DNA of 64,000 bases from Solirubrobacterales bacterium (lineage in GTDB: Bacteria; Actinomycetota; Thermoleophilia; Solirubrobacterales; 70-9): the NCBI GenBank assembly GCA_035712025.1, contig DASTBO010000138.1:4935-68934 (forward strand), read 5' to 3'. Every line of letters starts with the position of its first letter. The first letter of the stretch is position 1. Both the position numbers and the translations under genes were made by a program. Of the stretch, positions 46,404 to 54,756 are shown one piece after another. Under the pieces are notes generated by a model, which was given only the letters and a program-made list of their open reading frames with translations, was not told the DNA's origin and did not search any database.

Positions 46404-47171
46404 ATGGCGAAAGATCGGGATGCCACCGCCGATCCCGCCGCCTCCGAGGCGAACCTGACCGTCGAGCAGCTCGCCTACGAGACCGGGATGTCGGTGCGCA
46501 ACATCCGCAACCACCAGTCCCGGGGCCTGCTGCCGCCGCCCGAGGTGCGCTCCCGCGTCGGCTACTACGGCCCCGAACACGTCGCCCGCCTGCGCCTGAT
46601 CCAGGAGATGCAGTCGGAGGGCTTCAAGCTGAGCGCGATCTCCCGCCTGATCGGCGAGCACGGCGCCGACGCCGACCGCTTCGTCGGCCTGCGCCAGGCC
46701 GTCACCGCCCCCTTCGCGACCGAGGCGCCCGAGGTCTACTCGCGCGAGGAACTGGTCGAGAAGTTCGGCGCCGACGACGACAAGCTGCTGGAAAAAGCCC
46801 AGAAGCTCGGCCTCCTGGTCGATCTCGGCGAGGAACGCTTCGAAGCCCCGAGCCCGGCGCTCCTGCGCGCTGCCGAGGCGGTTCTCGGCATGGGCATCGA
46901 GCTCCCCGCCGCCCTTGCCGCGATCGAGAAGCTGGAGCGCAACTCCCAGGCCTCGGCCCGCACCTTCGTCAACCTCTTCGTCGACGAACTCTGGAAGCCC
47001 TTCGACGAAGCCGGCCGCCCCGAGGAGGGCTGGGACGAGCTGATCGAGGCGATCGGTCGCCTCCGCCCGCTCGCCTTCGACGCCCTCAACGCCACCTTCC
47101 GCCTCACCCTGACGACCGAAATCGAAAAAGCCTTCGGCGAAGTCCTCGAACGGCGGCAGAAGAAGAAGTAG
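46404..47171 (+). CDS. MerR-family transcriptional regulator (paralogue of 59243-60049)
   Basis: 255 aa; HTH LTVEQLAYETGMSVRNIRNHQSRGLLPPP..GYYGPEHVARL. Confidence 0.85.
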   Translation: MAKDRDATADPAASEANLTVEQLAYETGMSVRNIRNHQSRGLLPPPEVRSRVGYYGPEHVARLRLIQEMQSEGFKLSAISRLIGEHGADADRFVGLRQAVTAPFATEAPEVYSREELVEKFGADDDKLLEKAQKLGLLVDLGEERFEAPSPALLRAAEAVLGMGIELPAALAAIEKLERNSQASARTFVNLFVDELWKPFDEAGRPEEGWDELIEAIGRLRPLAFDALNATFRLTLTTEIEKAFGEVLERRQKKK

Positions 47172-48319
47172 TGGGTGGGGCAGGCGACAAGGACCGGCCC
47201 CGGCTCGCCAGCGGCACGATTGCCGTGCACGGCGGGCTGGGCGAGCGCGGTCAGGGCGCCCCGTTTCTGGCTGGCCCGACGTTCGCCGCACCGTTCCACG
47301 TGCAGGGCGACGACCCCCTGGCGGCAGCGGACTACGTCTACGGCCGGTATGGAAATCCGACCTGGACGAACCTCGAGGACGCGCTCAGCGAGCTCGAGGA
47401 CGACGACTCCCGCACGCTGATCTTTCCCTCCGGCTCCGCGGCGATCTCGGCGGTGCTGATGGCGACCGTGGAGCAGGGGAAGGCGATCGTCGTGCCCAAC
47501 GACGGCTATCCGGCCGCTCGCCTGACGGGTGGCTGGCTGGCGGACATGGGCGTCGAGGTACGGAAGGTGCCAACCGACACCGAAGCCGTGATCGCGGCGC
47601 TTCCGGGGGCCGCCCTCGTCTTCGTGGAGACTCCGTCGAACCCGGGACTCGACGTGGCCGACATCGGTGCGGTCTCCGCGGCGGCCGCCGCGGAGGGTGC
47701 GCGCCTCGTCGTCGACAACACCGTCGCCACGCCGCTCGGTCAACGTCCCTTGGAACACGGCGCTCATGGCTCGTTGATGAGCGCGTCCAAGCATCTGACC
47801 GGCCACAACGATCTGGTGCTCGGATCGTTCACCTCTCGGGACGGGCCCTGGATGGACAGCATCGAGAAGTGGCGCCGGGAGTCGGGCTCGATCGTCGGCC
47901 CGTTCGAGGCCTGGCTGGCCCACCGATCGCTCGCGACTCTCGAGGTGCGCCTGGATCGGCAGTGCGGGAACGCGGTGTCCCTGGCGGAGATGCTCTCCGG
48001 ACGCGAGGACGTTCCCTCGGTTCGCTACCTGGGCCTTGCAAGCGACCCGGCCCACGAGCTGGCGGCGCGCCAGATGACGCGCTTCGGCAGCATCATCTGC
48101 TTCGACCTCGAGGATGCGGACCGCGCCCGGCGCTTCCTGTCGGCGTGCGAGCTGATCATCGAGGCATCCAGCTTCGGCGGTGTGCATACCTCCGCCGAAA
48201 GGAAAGCGCGGTGGGGGATCGACCTCGTCTCCAGCGGACTGATCCGACTCAGCGTCGGGATCGAGGACCCGGTGGATCTCCGTGCCGATCTCGAGCAGGC
48301 GCTGGACCGGGCAGGCTAG
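47171..48319 (+). CDS. Cys/Met-metabolism PLP-dependent enzyme (cystathionine gamma-synthase/lyase family)
   Basis: GTG at 47171 overlapping the merR-like TAG; ..YGRYGNPTW.., PLP-lysine context SASKHLTGHND. Confidence 0.85.
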   Translation: MGGAGDKDRPRLASGTIAVHGGLGERGQGAPFLAGPTFAAPFHVQGDDPLAAADYVYGRYGNPTWTNLEDALSELEDDDSRTLIFPSGSAAISAVLMATVEQGKAIVVPNDGYPAARLTGGWLADMGVEVRKVPTDTEAVIAALPGAALVFVETPSNPGLDVADIGAVSAAAAAEGARLVVDNTVATPLGQRPLEHGAHGSLMSASKHLTGHNDLVLGSFTSRDGPWMDSIEKWRRESGSIVGPFEAWLAHRSLATLEVRLDRQCGNAVSLAEMLSGREDVPSVRYLGLASDPAHELAARQMTRFGSIICFDLEDADRARRFLSACELIIEASSFGGVHTSAERKARWGIDLVSSGLIRLSVGIEDPVDLRADLEQALDRAG

Positions 48320-48349
48320 AAGCGCACTCGGCGCCCCACGAGCACCCAG

Positions 48350-48422
48350 AGCCGACGCCCGGACTTGAACCGGGGACCCCTTCATTACGAATGAAGTGCT
48401 CTACCAACTGAGCTACGCCGGC
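48350..48422 (-). tRNA. tRNA-Thr (anticodon CGT)
   Basis: GCCGGCGTAGCTCAGTTGGTAGAGCACTTCATTCGTAATGAAGGGGTCCCCGGTTCAAGTCCGGGCGTCGGCT folds as a canonical 73-nt cloverleaf; CCA not encoded. Confidence 0.9.
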
Positions 48423-48476
48423 GGGCCGGCCCATTCTAAGGAGGATCGGCGTTCGGTTCCGTCGCGGCTGGGGGAG

Positions 48477-49139
48477 ATGATCCGCGGCGTGAGGCAGCTG
48501 GCCGCGAAGCGGCGAAAGGAGAACGAGATCGAGTTCGGGCGGATCGTCGCCTTCAGCGACGGCGTCTTCTCGATCGCGATCACCCTGCTGGTCCTCAACC
48601 TGGGGATCGACAAGGGCCTGACCGAAGGGCAGATCGACAACGCCCTCTGGGACCAGCGCGAAGACTTCCTCGCCTACGCGATCAGCTTCGCCGTGATCGG
48701 CCGCTTCTGGCTGGTCCACCACCGCTTCTTCGGCGAAGTCGAGGCCTTCGACGGCCGCCTGATCGGGCTCAACCTCGCCTACCTCGGCTTCGTCGTCCTC
48801 ATCCCCTTCAGCAGCGAGCTGCTCGGCGAGTACGGCGGCAAGACGACCGCGGTCGTCTTCTACTCGGCCAACCTCGCGATCGTCGTCCTCCTCGGCCTGC
48901 TGATGGGGGCCGACGCGCGGCGGCGCGGCCTGACCAGCACCGACGACCGCACCCATCGCGAAAACCGGGTCCGCAGCGCCTACATCGCCGGCATCTTCGT
49001 GCTCTCGATCCCGCTCGCCTACCTGGCGCCGGCGATCGCTCCCTACTTCTGGCTGGTGCTGTTCGTCGACCCCTCGCGGCGACTGGTGCGCCAGCCTTCA
49101 GCGGCGCAGGAGGAAGGCGACGGACCGTCCCGATCGTGA
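48477..49139 (+). CDS. TMEM175-family (DUF1211) potassium channel-like membrane protein
   Basis: ATG at 48477; signature RIVAFSDGVFSIAITLLVL and second repeat. Confidence 0.8.
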   Translation: MIRGVRQLAAKRRKENEIEFGRIVAFSDGVFSIAITLLVLNLGIDKGLTEGQIDNALWDQREDFLAYAISFAVIGRFWLVHHRFFGEVEAFDGRLIGLNLAYLGFVVLIPFSSELLGEYGGKTTAVVFYSANLAIVVLLGLLMGADARRRGLTSTDDRTHRENRVRSAYIAGIFVLSIPLAYLAPAIAPYFWLVLFVDPSRRLVRQPSAAQEEGDGPSRS

Positions 49140-49388
49140 GCAGGAGACCGACCAGCCGCTGTCGACGACGACGGCCTGGCAGCGGTAGGAGGGGATCGAG
49201 CACCCCCAGCGCGAGGCTCCGGGCGGGCGGGCGCAACTCGGCTCGGCGAGGAAGGCGGCGCGGGCTTCCCACGCCGGAGCCTCGGCGTCCGGGGCGCTGG
49301 CCGCTCCCGTCGTCCCCTCGTCGGAGCCGCCGCAGCCCGCCAGCAGGGCGAGCGCGGCGGCGATCACGATCGGCAGGGCGATCCGCAT
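49098..49388 (-). CDS. small Cys-rich lipoprotein (hypothetical)
   Basis: 96 aa; lipobox LLAGC; four further Cys; starts 9 nt after the E1-like gene stop; 42-nt convergent overlap with the TMEM175 gene. Confidence 0.5.
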   Translation of the reverse strand: MRIALPIVIAAALALLAGCGGSDEGTTGAASAPDAEAPAWEARAAFLAEPSCARPPGASRWGCSIPSYRCQAVVVDSGWSVSCSRSGRSVAFLLRR

Positions 49389-49397
49389 CCGCGGAAC

Positions 49398-50492
49398 CTA
49401 CCCGGCCGCTCCCTCCTCGTGCGGCATCTCGCCGCAGATCGGGCACTCGGGCTCGGGGACGACCGGCTCGCGTTTGACCTCCATCGTCCGCAGGTCGAAG
49501 ATGTGGGCCACTCCCTGGGTCGAGGGCCTGGCGAGGCCGGTCAGCAGGTGCATCACCTCCATCCCGACCTGGCCGCCGATCAGGCCGCAGGCCGGTCCCA
49601 GCGTCGCCGCCGGGGTCGGTTTCGCCCGCCGCTGCTCGACGGCGACGTCGAACAGCGGGTACTCGCGCCGGTAGCCGATCTCCTGGCAGACGAAGCAGCC
49701 GGTCTTGCCGGGGACGTAAAGCGGCCCGACCCGGGCGATCGGCGGGAAGTGGCTCATCGTGATGTACGGGATGCCGGCCTTGAAGCAGGCGGAGTTGCAC
49801 CACCGCTCGATGTCGTGGGCGGGCCAGTCGGCGGCGTCGACGACGACGTCGGAGCCGGCGATGAACTCGGCGATGTCGGCCTCGCCCTCGAGCCGGCGCG
49901 CCTCGGTGGTGATCTTCGCCCCGGAGTTGAAGGCGGCGAGGCGCGCCGCCGCACGCTCGACCTTGAGCTCGCCGATGTCGGCCTCGGAGAACTGGATCTG
50001 CCGGTTGAGGTTGCTGACCTCCACCCGGTCGCCGTCGATCAGCCACATCTCGCCGACGCCGGTGCAGGCGAGCGCCAGGGCGGACCACCCCCCGAGGCCG
50101 CCGACCCCGAGCACCGCCACCTTCGCCTCCCGCAATCGTTCCTGGCACTCGGACGGGGTGATCCCGCCGGTCCCGACGTCGCTGAAGTAGCGCAGCTGGC
50201 GGTCGAACCGCTCCAGCTCGCCGGCCTCCAGCAGCTCGTCGTCGGCGGCGTCCTCGATCACCTCCAGCTCCTGCAGCTGGGCGATCATGTCGTCGACCTC
50301 CCCGGTGCCGAACTCGGTCCGCAGCTCCTCCAGCGTCCGGCTCCCGTCGACCGCCGCCAGCAGCCGGCGTTCCTCCGCGTCCGGCTGCTCGATGCGGATG
50401 TCGTTGTCCGCGCTCGGCCGCAGCAGGTAGACGTCTCCCTCCGGCGTCTCGATCTCTTCCGTCGTTCTCTTGATCCGTGGTCTGCGCAACAA
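49398..50492 (-). CDS. ThiF/MoeB/E1-like adenylyltransferase with PqqD/RRE-like N-terminal domain
   Basis: 364 aa; TTG start after GGGGGGAGGG; VAVLGVGGLGG..DGDRVEVSNLNRQ nucleotide motifs; CFVC and CPIC zinc pairs; the N-terminal ~90 aa resemble a winged-helix peptide-binding domain. Confidence 0.85.
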   Translation of the reverse strand: MLRRPRIKRTTEEIETPEGDVYLLRPSADNDIRIEQPDAEERRLLAAVDGSRTLEELRTEFGTGEVDDMIAQLQELEVIEDAADDELLEAGELERFDRQLRYFSDVGTGGITPSECQERLREAKVAVLGVGGLGGWSALALACTGVGEMWLIDGDRVEVSNLNRQIQFSEADIGELKVERAAARLAAFNSGAKITTEARRLEGEADIAEFIAGSDVVVDAADWPAHDIERWCNSACFKAGIPYITMSHFPPIARVGPLYVPGKTGCFVCQEIGYRREYPLFDVAVEQRRAKPTPAATLGPACGLIGGQVGMEVMHLLTGLARPSTQGVAHIFDLRTMEVKREPVVPEPECPICGEMPHEEGAAG

Positions 50493-50552
50493 ACCCTCCC
50501 CCCAGGTAGCTCCGTCAGCGCACTAGAGACCGTTTAAGCGGTCGAAGCGTTT

Positions 50553-51245
50553 CTAGGGCAGGAGCGACTTTGCGCGCGAAAACACAGCGTCGGTCATCGG
50601 CACGGTCAGCTTGCCGGTGAAGGTGTTCTGCTGGCTCGGGTGGTAGCAGCCGATCAGCCGCCAGCGGCCGACCTCGGCCTCGGCGCCGTGGCCGAACTTG
50701 GGCCGCGGTCGCGGCACCTCCTCGCCCAACGCCCGGGCGGCGCGAAGGAACCCGTCCCAGCCGAAGGAGCCGAGCGCGACGAGGACCTGGAGACGGTCGA
50801 GCAGCTCCAGCTCGCGCCGCAGGTAGGGAAGGCAGGTGTCGCGCTCCTCCGGAGTCGGCTTGTTGGCGGGCGGCGCGCAGCGCACGGTGGCGGTGATGAA
50901 GGCGTCGCGCAGCTCGAGGCCGTCGTCGCGCCACTCCGAGGTCGGCTGGTTGGCGAAGCCGGCCCGGTGCAGGGCCGCGTAGAGCCAGTCGCCGGAGCGG
51001 TCGCCGGTGAACATCCGGCCAGTGCGGTTGGCGCCGTGCGCCGCCGGCGCCAGGCCGACGATGCCGAGCCGGGCATCGGCGTCGCCGAAGCCGGAGACCG
51101 GGCGGGCCCAGTACTCCTGGCCGCGGTAGCGGCGGGGCGGGTTGGCCGCCTGCTCCTCGCGCCACTCGACCAACCGCGGGCAGAGCCGGCAGCCGTGGAT
51201 CTCCCCGGCGAGGGCTTCGAGGGCGCCGGCGCGGCCTTTGCTCAT
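50553..51245 (-). CDS. uracil-DNA glycosylase, family 4/5 (UdgB-like)
   Basis: ATG at 51245; GLAPAAHGANRTGRMFTGD and HPSQQN motifs; Cys ligands CRLC. Confidence 0.85.
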   Translation of the reverse strand: MSKGRAGALEALAGEIHGCRLCPRLVEWREEQAANPPRRYRGQEYWARPVSGFGDADARLGIVGLAPAAHGANRTGRMFTGDRSGDWLYAALHRAGFANQPTSEWRDDGLELRDAFITATVRCAPPANKPTPEERDTCLPYLRRELELLDRLQVLVALGSFGWDGFLRAARALGEEVPRPRPKFGHGAEAEVGRWRLIGCYHPSQQNTFTGKLTVPMTDAVFSRAKSLLP

Positions 51246-51263
51246 AGGCTTGGTCCCGACCTC

Positions 51264-51839
51264 ATGGCAGCGAACCGAATCATGCGCGGCGCGCCGGTGC
51301 GCCGCGCCCTCGTCCTCGCGCTCGCCTGCGCCGGCCTCCTCACCGGCCTCGGCGGCTGCGGTGGCGACGGCGGCTCGGCCACCGACCGCGAGGCGGACGT
51401 CCGGGTGCTGAACGAGATCCTCGCTCGCCAGCTGGCCGCGGTCGACGCCTACGGGGAAGCGCTGCCGGCGCTGCGCGGCGCCCAGCTGGCACTCGGCCGG
51501 CGCTTCCGGGGCCAGGAACAGGAACACGTCGACGCGACGACCAAGACGCTGCGCGGCCTCGACGGCGAGGCCGACCCGCCGGCCGAAACGGTCGAGGCGG
51601 GCGAGCTGCCGACCCCGCGGGAGGCGATGCGCTTCCTCTACGAACTGGAAAGCGCGACGATCGACGCCGAGCTCAGCGCCGTCGGCAAGCTGACGATCGG
51701 GTGGCCGCGGCCGCTGGTCGCCGCGATGGCCGCCAACCAGGCGCAGCGGCTGGTCCTGATCCGCCGCGCGCTCGGCGCCGGGCCGCTCGAACTCGTGCCC
51801 GAGGCCTTCGAGACCGGCGAAACGGCCGCCCCAAGGTAG
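51264..51839 (+). CDS. ferritin-like-domain lipoprotein (DUF4439-like)
   Basis: ATG at 51264 or 51282; lipobox LGGC; helical ..LNEILARQLAAVDAYGE..FLYELESATID.. Confidence 0.65.
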   Translation: MAANRIMRGAPVRRALVLALACAGLLTGLGGCGGDGGSATDREADVRVLNEILARQLAAVDAYGEALPALRGAQLALGRRFRGQEQEHVDATTKTLRGLDGEADPPAETVEAGELPTPREAMRFLYELESATIDAELSAVGKLTIGWPRPLVAAMAANQAQRLVLIRRALGAGPLELVPEAFETGETAAPR

Positions 51840-51850
51840 ATGATGCCGCC

Positions 51851-54052
51851 ATGACCGCTCCCCTCTACGCCATCGGACGTTTCTCCTCGCGCCATCACTA
51901 CCCCGTGATCGCCGCCTGGATCGTGCTCGCGATCGCGCTCGTGGCGATCAGTCACTCGGCTGGCAGCAAGACCAGCGAAAACCTGACGCTGCCGGGCACC
52001 GACTCGACCACGGCGACCGAACTGCTCGAAGACGACCTCCCCGAGCAGGCCTACGGCAGCAACCCGCTGGTGCTGGAAGCGCCCGGGGGGAAGCTGACCG
52101 AAACGAAGTACGCGGCGGCCGTCGCGGAAGTCGAGAAGCGGCTGAACGCGCTCGGCGACGTCAACTCGGCCGTCAGCCCGCTCAGCCCCCAGGGCGCGAA
52201 CTTCCTCAGCAAGGACCAGTCGATCGGCTACTTCCCGGTCGTCCTCGCGATCGGGCCGGGCGAAATCGACGAAGAACAGGCAGAACGGATCCTCGACGCC
52301 GCCGGGCCCGCGCGCCGGGCCGGCCTCAACGCCGCGATCGGCGCCTATGTCGGCCAGCAGCTCTCCAAGCCGGCGACCGAGACCAGCGAGGCGATCGGGC
52401 TGGCGGCGGCGGTGATCATCCTCCTCTTCGCCTTCGGCACCGCGACGGCGATGATGCTGCCGATCGTCTCGGCGATCGTCGGGCTCGCCTGCGCGCTCTC
52501 GGTCATCCGCCTGCTCGAGCACGTGCTCGAGGTGCCGGGGGTCGCCACGACGCTGGCGACGATGATCGGCCTCGGCGTCGGCATCGACTACGCCCTCTTC
52601 ATCGTCACCCGCCACAAACTGCAGCTGGCCGACGGGATGGAGCTGCGCGAGTCGATCGCCCGGGCGACCGCGACCGCCGGCGGCGCCGTCGTCTTCGCCG
52701 GCTTCACGGTCGTGATCGCGCTCTGCTCGCTCGCCTTCGCCGGCATCCCGCTGGTCTCCACCCTCGGCTTCACCGCCGCGGTCGCGGTGGTCGTCGCGGT
52801 CTGCGCGGCGACGACGCTGCTGCCGGCGATGCTCGGCGCCCTCGGTCCGCACATCAACTCGCTGCGGGTCAAGCTCGGCAAGACCCACCCGGACGACAAG
52901 GAGCCGCACGGCTGGCGCCGCTGGGCCGAGTGGGTCAGCCAGCGTCCCTGGAGCGCGACCGTCGTCGCCCTTCTGATCCTGATCGTCCTCGCCCTGCCGA
53001 TCTTCCAACTCGAGCTGGGCCAGAACGACATCAGCGCGCTGCCGAAGGAAACGACCTCGCGCCAGGCCTACGACTCGCTCAACAAGGGCTTCGGGCCTGG
53101 CGTCAACGGACCGCTGCTGATCGCCTCCGAATTCTCCTCGCCGGCCGAAGCCAAGCAGGTGCTGCCGAAGCTGGAGAAAGCCGTCGGAGGCGCCCCCGAC
53201 GTCGCCGCCGTCAGCGAACCCACGCTCGACAAGGCTGGTACCGCCGCGGTCTTCACCGTGCTCTCGAAATCGGAGCCCTGGGCGGACAAGACCGTCGACC
53301 TGGTCGAAGACCTGCGCGAGGAAGCGATCCCGGCGGCGCTGCAGGGAACCAAGGCCAGCTCCTACGTCGGCGGCCAGACCGCCGGCTACATCGACCTCGC
53401 GAGCCAGATCAGCGACAAGCTGCCGCTGATGATCGCGATCGTCGTCGGGCTCAGCTTCATCGTCCTGCTCGTCGCCTTCCGCTCGCTGCTGGTGCCGGTC
53501 AAGGCGGCGGCGATGAACCTGCTCTCGGTCGCCGCGGCCTACGGCGTCGTCACCGCGGTCTTCCAGCTCGGCTGGGGCTCGTCGCTGATCGGCCTCGACC
53601 ACGCGATCCCGATCGTCAGCTTCGTGCCGCTCCTGATGTTCGCGATCCTCTTCGGTCTCTCGATGGACTACGAGGTCTTCCTGCTGACGCAGATGCGCGA
53701 GCACTACGAGGAGTTCGGCGACGAGCGCCGGGCGGTCGTCGAAGGCCTGGCCAATACCGGCCGGGTGATCACCTCCGCCGCGGCGATCATGGTCTGCGTC
53801 TTCACCAGCTTCGTCCTCAGCGGCAACCCGGTGGTGAAGGAGTTCGGGGTCGGCCTCGCGGTGGCGATCGCGATCGACTCGACCCTGGTCCGCTGCCTGC
53901 TGGTGCCGGCGGTGATGGTCCTGCTCGGCAAGCGCGCCTGGTGGCTGCCGAAGTGGATCGACCGCTGGCTGCCGAAGGTCAGCATCGAGGGCGAGGAGTA
54001 CTTCGCGAAGAGGGACGCCGAAGGGACGGTTGCCCCCGTCGGGGGTAAGTGA
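51851..54052 (+). CDS. MMPL-family (RND superfamily) transporter
   Basis: ATG at 51851; 12 TM with two periplasmic loops; ..GVGIDYALFIVTR.. and ..GLSMDYEVFLL.. repeats. Confidence 0.9.
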   Translation: MTAPLYAIGRFSSRHHYPVIAAWIVLAIALVAISHSAGSKTSENLTLPGTDSTTATELLEDDLPEQAYGSNPLVLEAPGGKLTETKYAAAVAEVEKRLNALGDVNSAVSPLSPQGANFLSKDQSIGYFPVVLAIGPGEIDEEQAERILDAAGPARRAGLNAAIGAYVGQQLSKPATETSEAIGLAAAVIILLFAFGTATAMMLPIVSAIVGLACALSVIRLLEHVLEVPGVATTLATMIGLGVGIDYALFIVTRHKLQLADGMELRESIARATATAGGAVVFAGFTVVIALCSLAFAGIPLVSTLGFTAAVAVVVAVCAATTLLPAMLGALGPHINSLRVKLGKTHPDDKEPHGWRRWAEWVSQRPWSATVVALLILIVLALPIFQLELGQNDISALPKETTSRQAYDSLNKGFGPGVNGPLLIASEFSSPAEAKQVLPKLEKAVGGAPDVAAVSEPTLDKAGTAAVFTVLSKSEPWADKTVDLVEDLREEAIPAALQGTKASSYVGGQTAGYIDLASQISDKLPLMIAIVVGLSFIVLLVAFRSLLVPVKAAAMNLLSVAAAYGVVTAVFQLGWGSSLIGLDHAIPIVSFVPLLMFAILFGLSMDYEVFLLTQMREHYEEFGDERRAVVEGLANTGRVITSAAAIMVCVFTSFVLSGNPVVKEFGVGLAVAIAIDSTLVRCLLVPAVMVLLGKRAWWLPKWIDRWLPKVSIEGEEYFAKRDAEGTVAPVGGK

Positions 54053-54059
54053 GCGGGAG

Positions 54060-54644
54060 ATGTTCCCGCTCAACCTGCCCAACGCGCTGACGCTGCTCCG
54101 CATCCTCGCGGTGCCGGTGGTGGTCGTCGCCCTGCTCGGGGAGACCCCCAACGGCGACACCCTGGCCGCCGCTGTCTTCGCCCTCGCGGCGGCGACCGAC
54201 GGCCTCGACGGCTACTTCGCCCGCTCCCGCGGCTCGATCACGACCTTCGGCAAGCTGATGGACCCGCTCGCCGACAAGCTGCTGATCACCGGCGCCCTGA
54301 TCTCCCTGGTCTCCCTCGACCGGCTCGAAGCCTGGGTGGCGATGGTGATCATCGCCCGCGAGGTCGCGGTCACGATCCTCCGCACGATCGCCGCCGAGCG
54401 CGGCATCGTCATCGCCGCCAGCTGGCTCGGCAAGCTGAAGACTGTCCTCCAGATCGCCGCCGTGATCGCCCTGATCGCCACCAATCCAGCCCCCCTCGGC
54501 GTCGACGTCCTCGTCTACCTGGCCCTCGCGGTGACCGTGATCAGCGGCTTCGACTACTTCTTCGGCCTGCGCAAGCGGATCGAGGCACAGCAACGTGAGA
54601 GGAGAGGGTCGGTGGGGGTCCCTGGGAGCACCTCCGCCGAGTGA
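54060..54644 (+). CDS. pgsA: CDP-diacylglycerol--glycerol-3-phosphate 3-phosphatidyltransferase
   Basis: ATG at 54060; CDP-alcohol motif DGLDGYFAR..G..MDPLADK. Confidence 0.9.
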   Translation: MFPLNLPNALTLLRILAVPVVVVALLGETPNGDTLAAAVFALAAATDGLDGYFARSRGSITTFGKLMDPLADKLLITGALISLVSLDRLEAWVAMVIIAREVAVTILRTIAAERGIVIAASWLGKLKTVLQIAAVIALIATNPAPLGVDVLVYLALAVTVISGFDYFFGLRKRIEAQQRERRGSVGVPGSTSAE

Positions 54645-54706
54645 TTTGCGGATAGCTGGCGCCTCGCACCCCTTTGGCTCCCCGCATCACTCGGCGGAGG
54701 TGCTCC
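54625..54706. repeat. 21-bp perfect inverted repeat with 40-nt loop at the pgsA / folE2 convergent junction
   Basis: GGAGCACCTCCGCCGAGTGAT (54625-54645, includes the pgsA stop) pairs with ATCACTCGGCGGAGGTGCTCC (54686-54706). Confidence 0.6.
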
Positions 54707-54756
54707 GGGCAGGGGTACTCTCACCCCCTCCGCACCTGAGACCGAAGACCTAAGAT

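Noticed and set aside
49389-50560. Search for a short RiPP precursor ORF (for example one ending in Asn, MccA-like) next to the E1-like gene.
   Set aside because: The flanking gaps are only 9 and 60 nt, and they contain a small hairpin (GACCG-cttaaa-CGGTC) but no ORF with an RBS. The alternative-frame ORFs inside the gene are Arg/Pro-rich artefacts.
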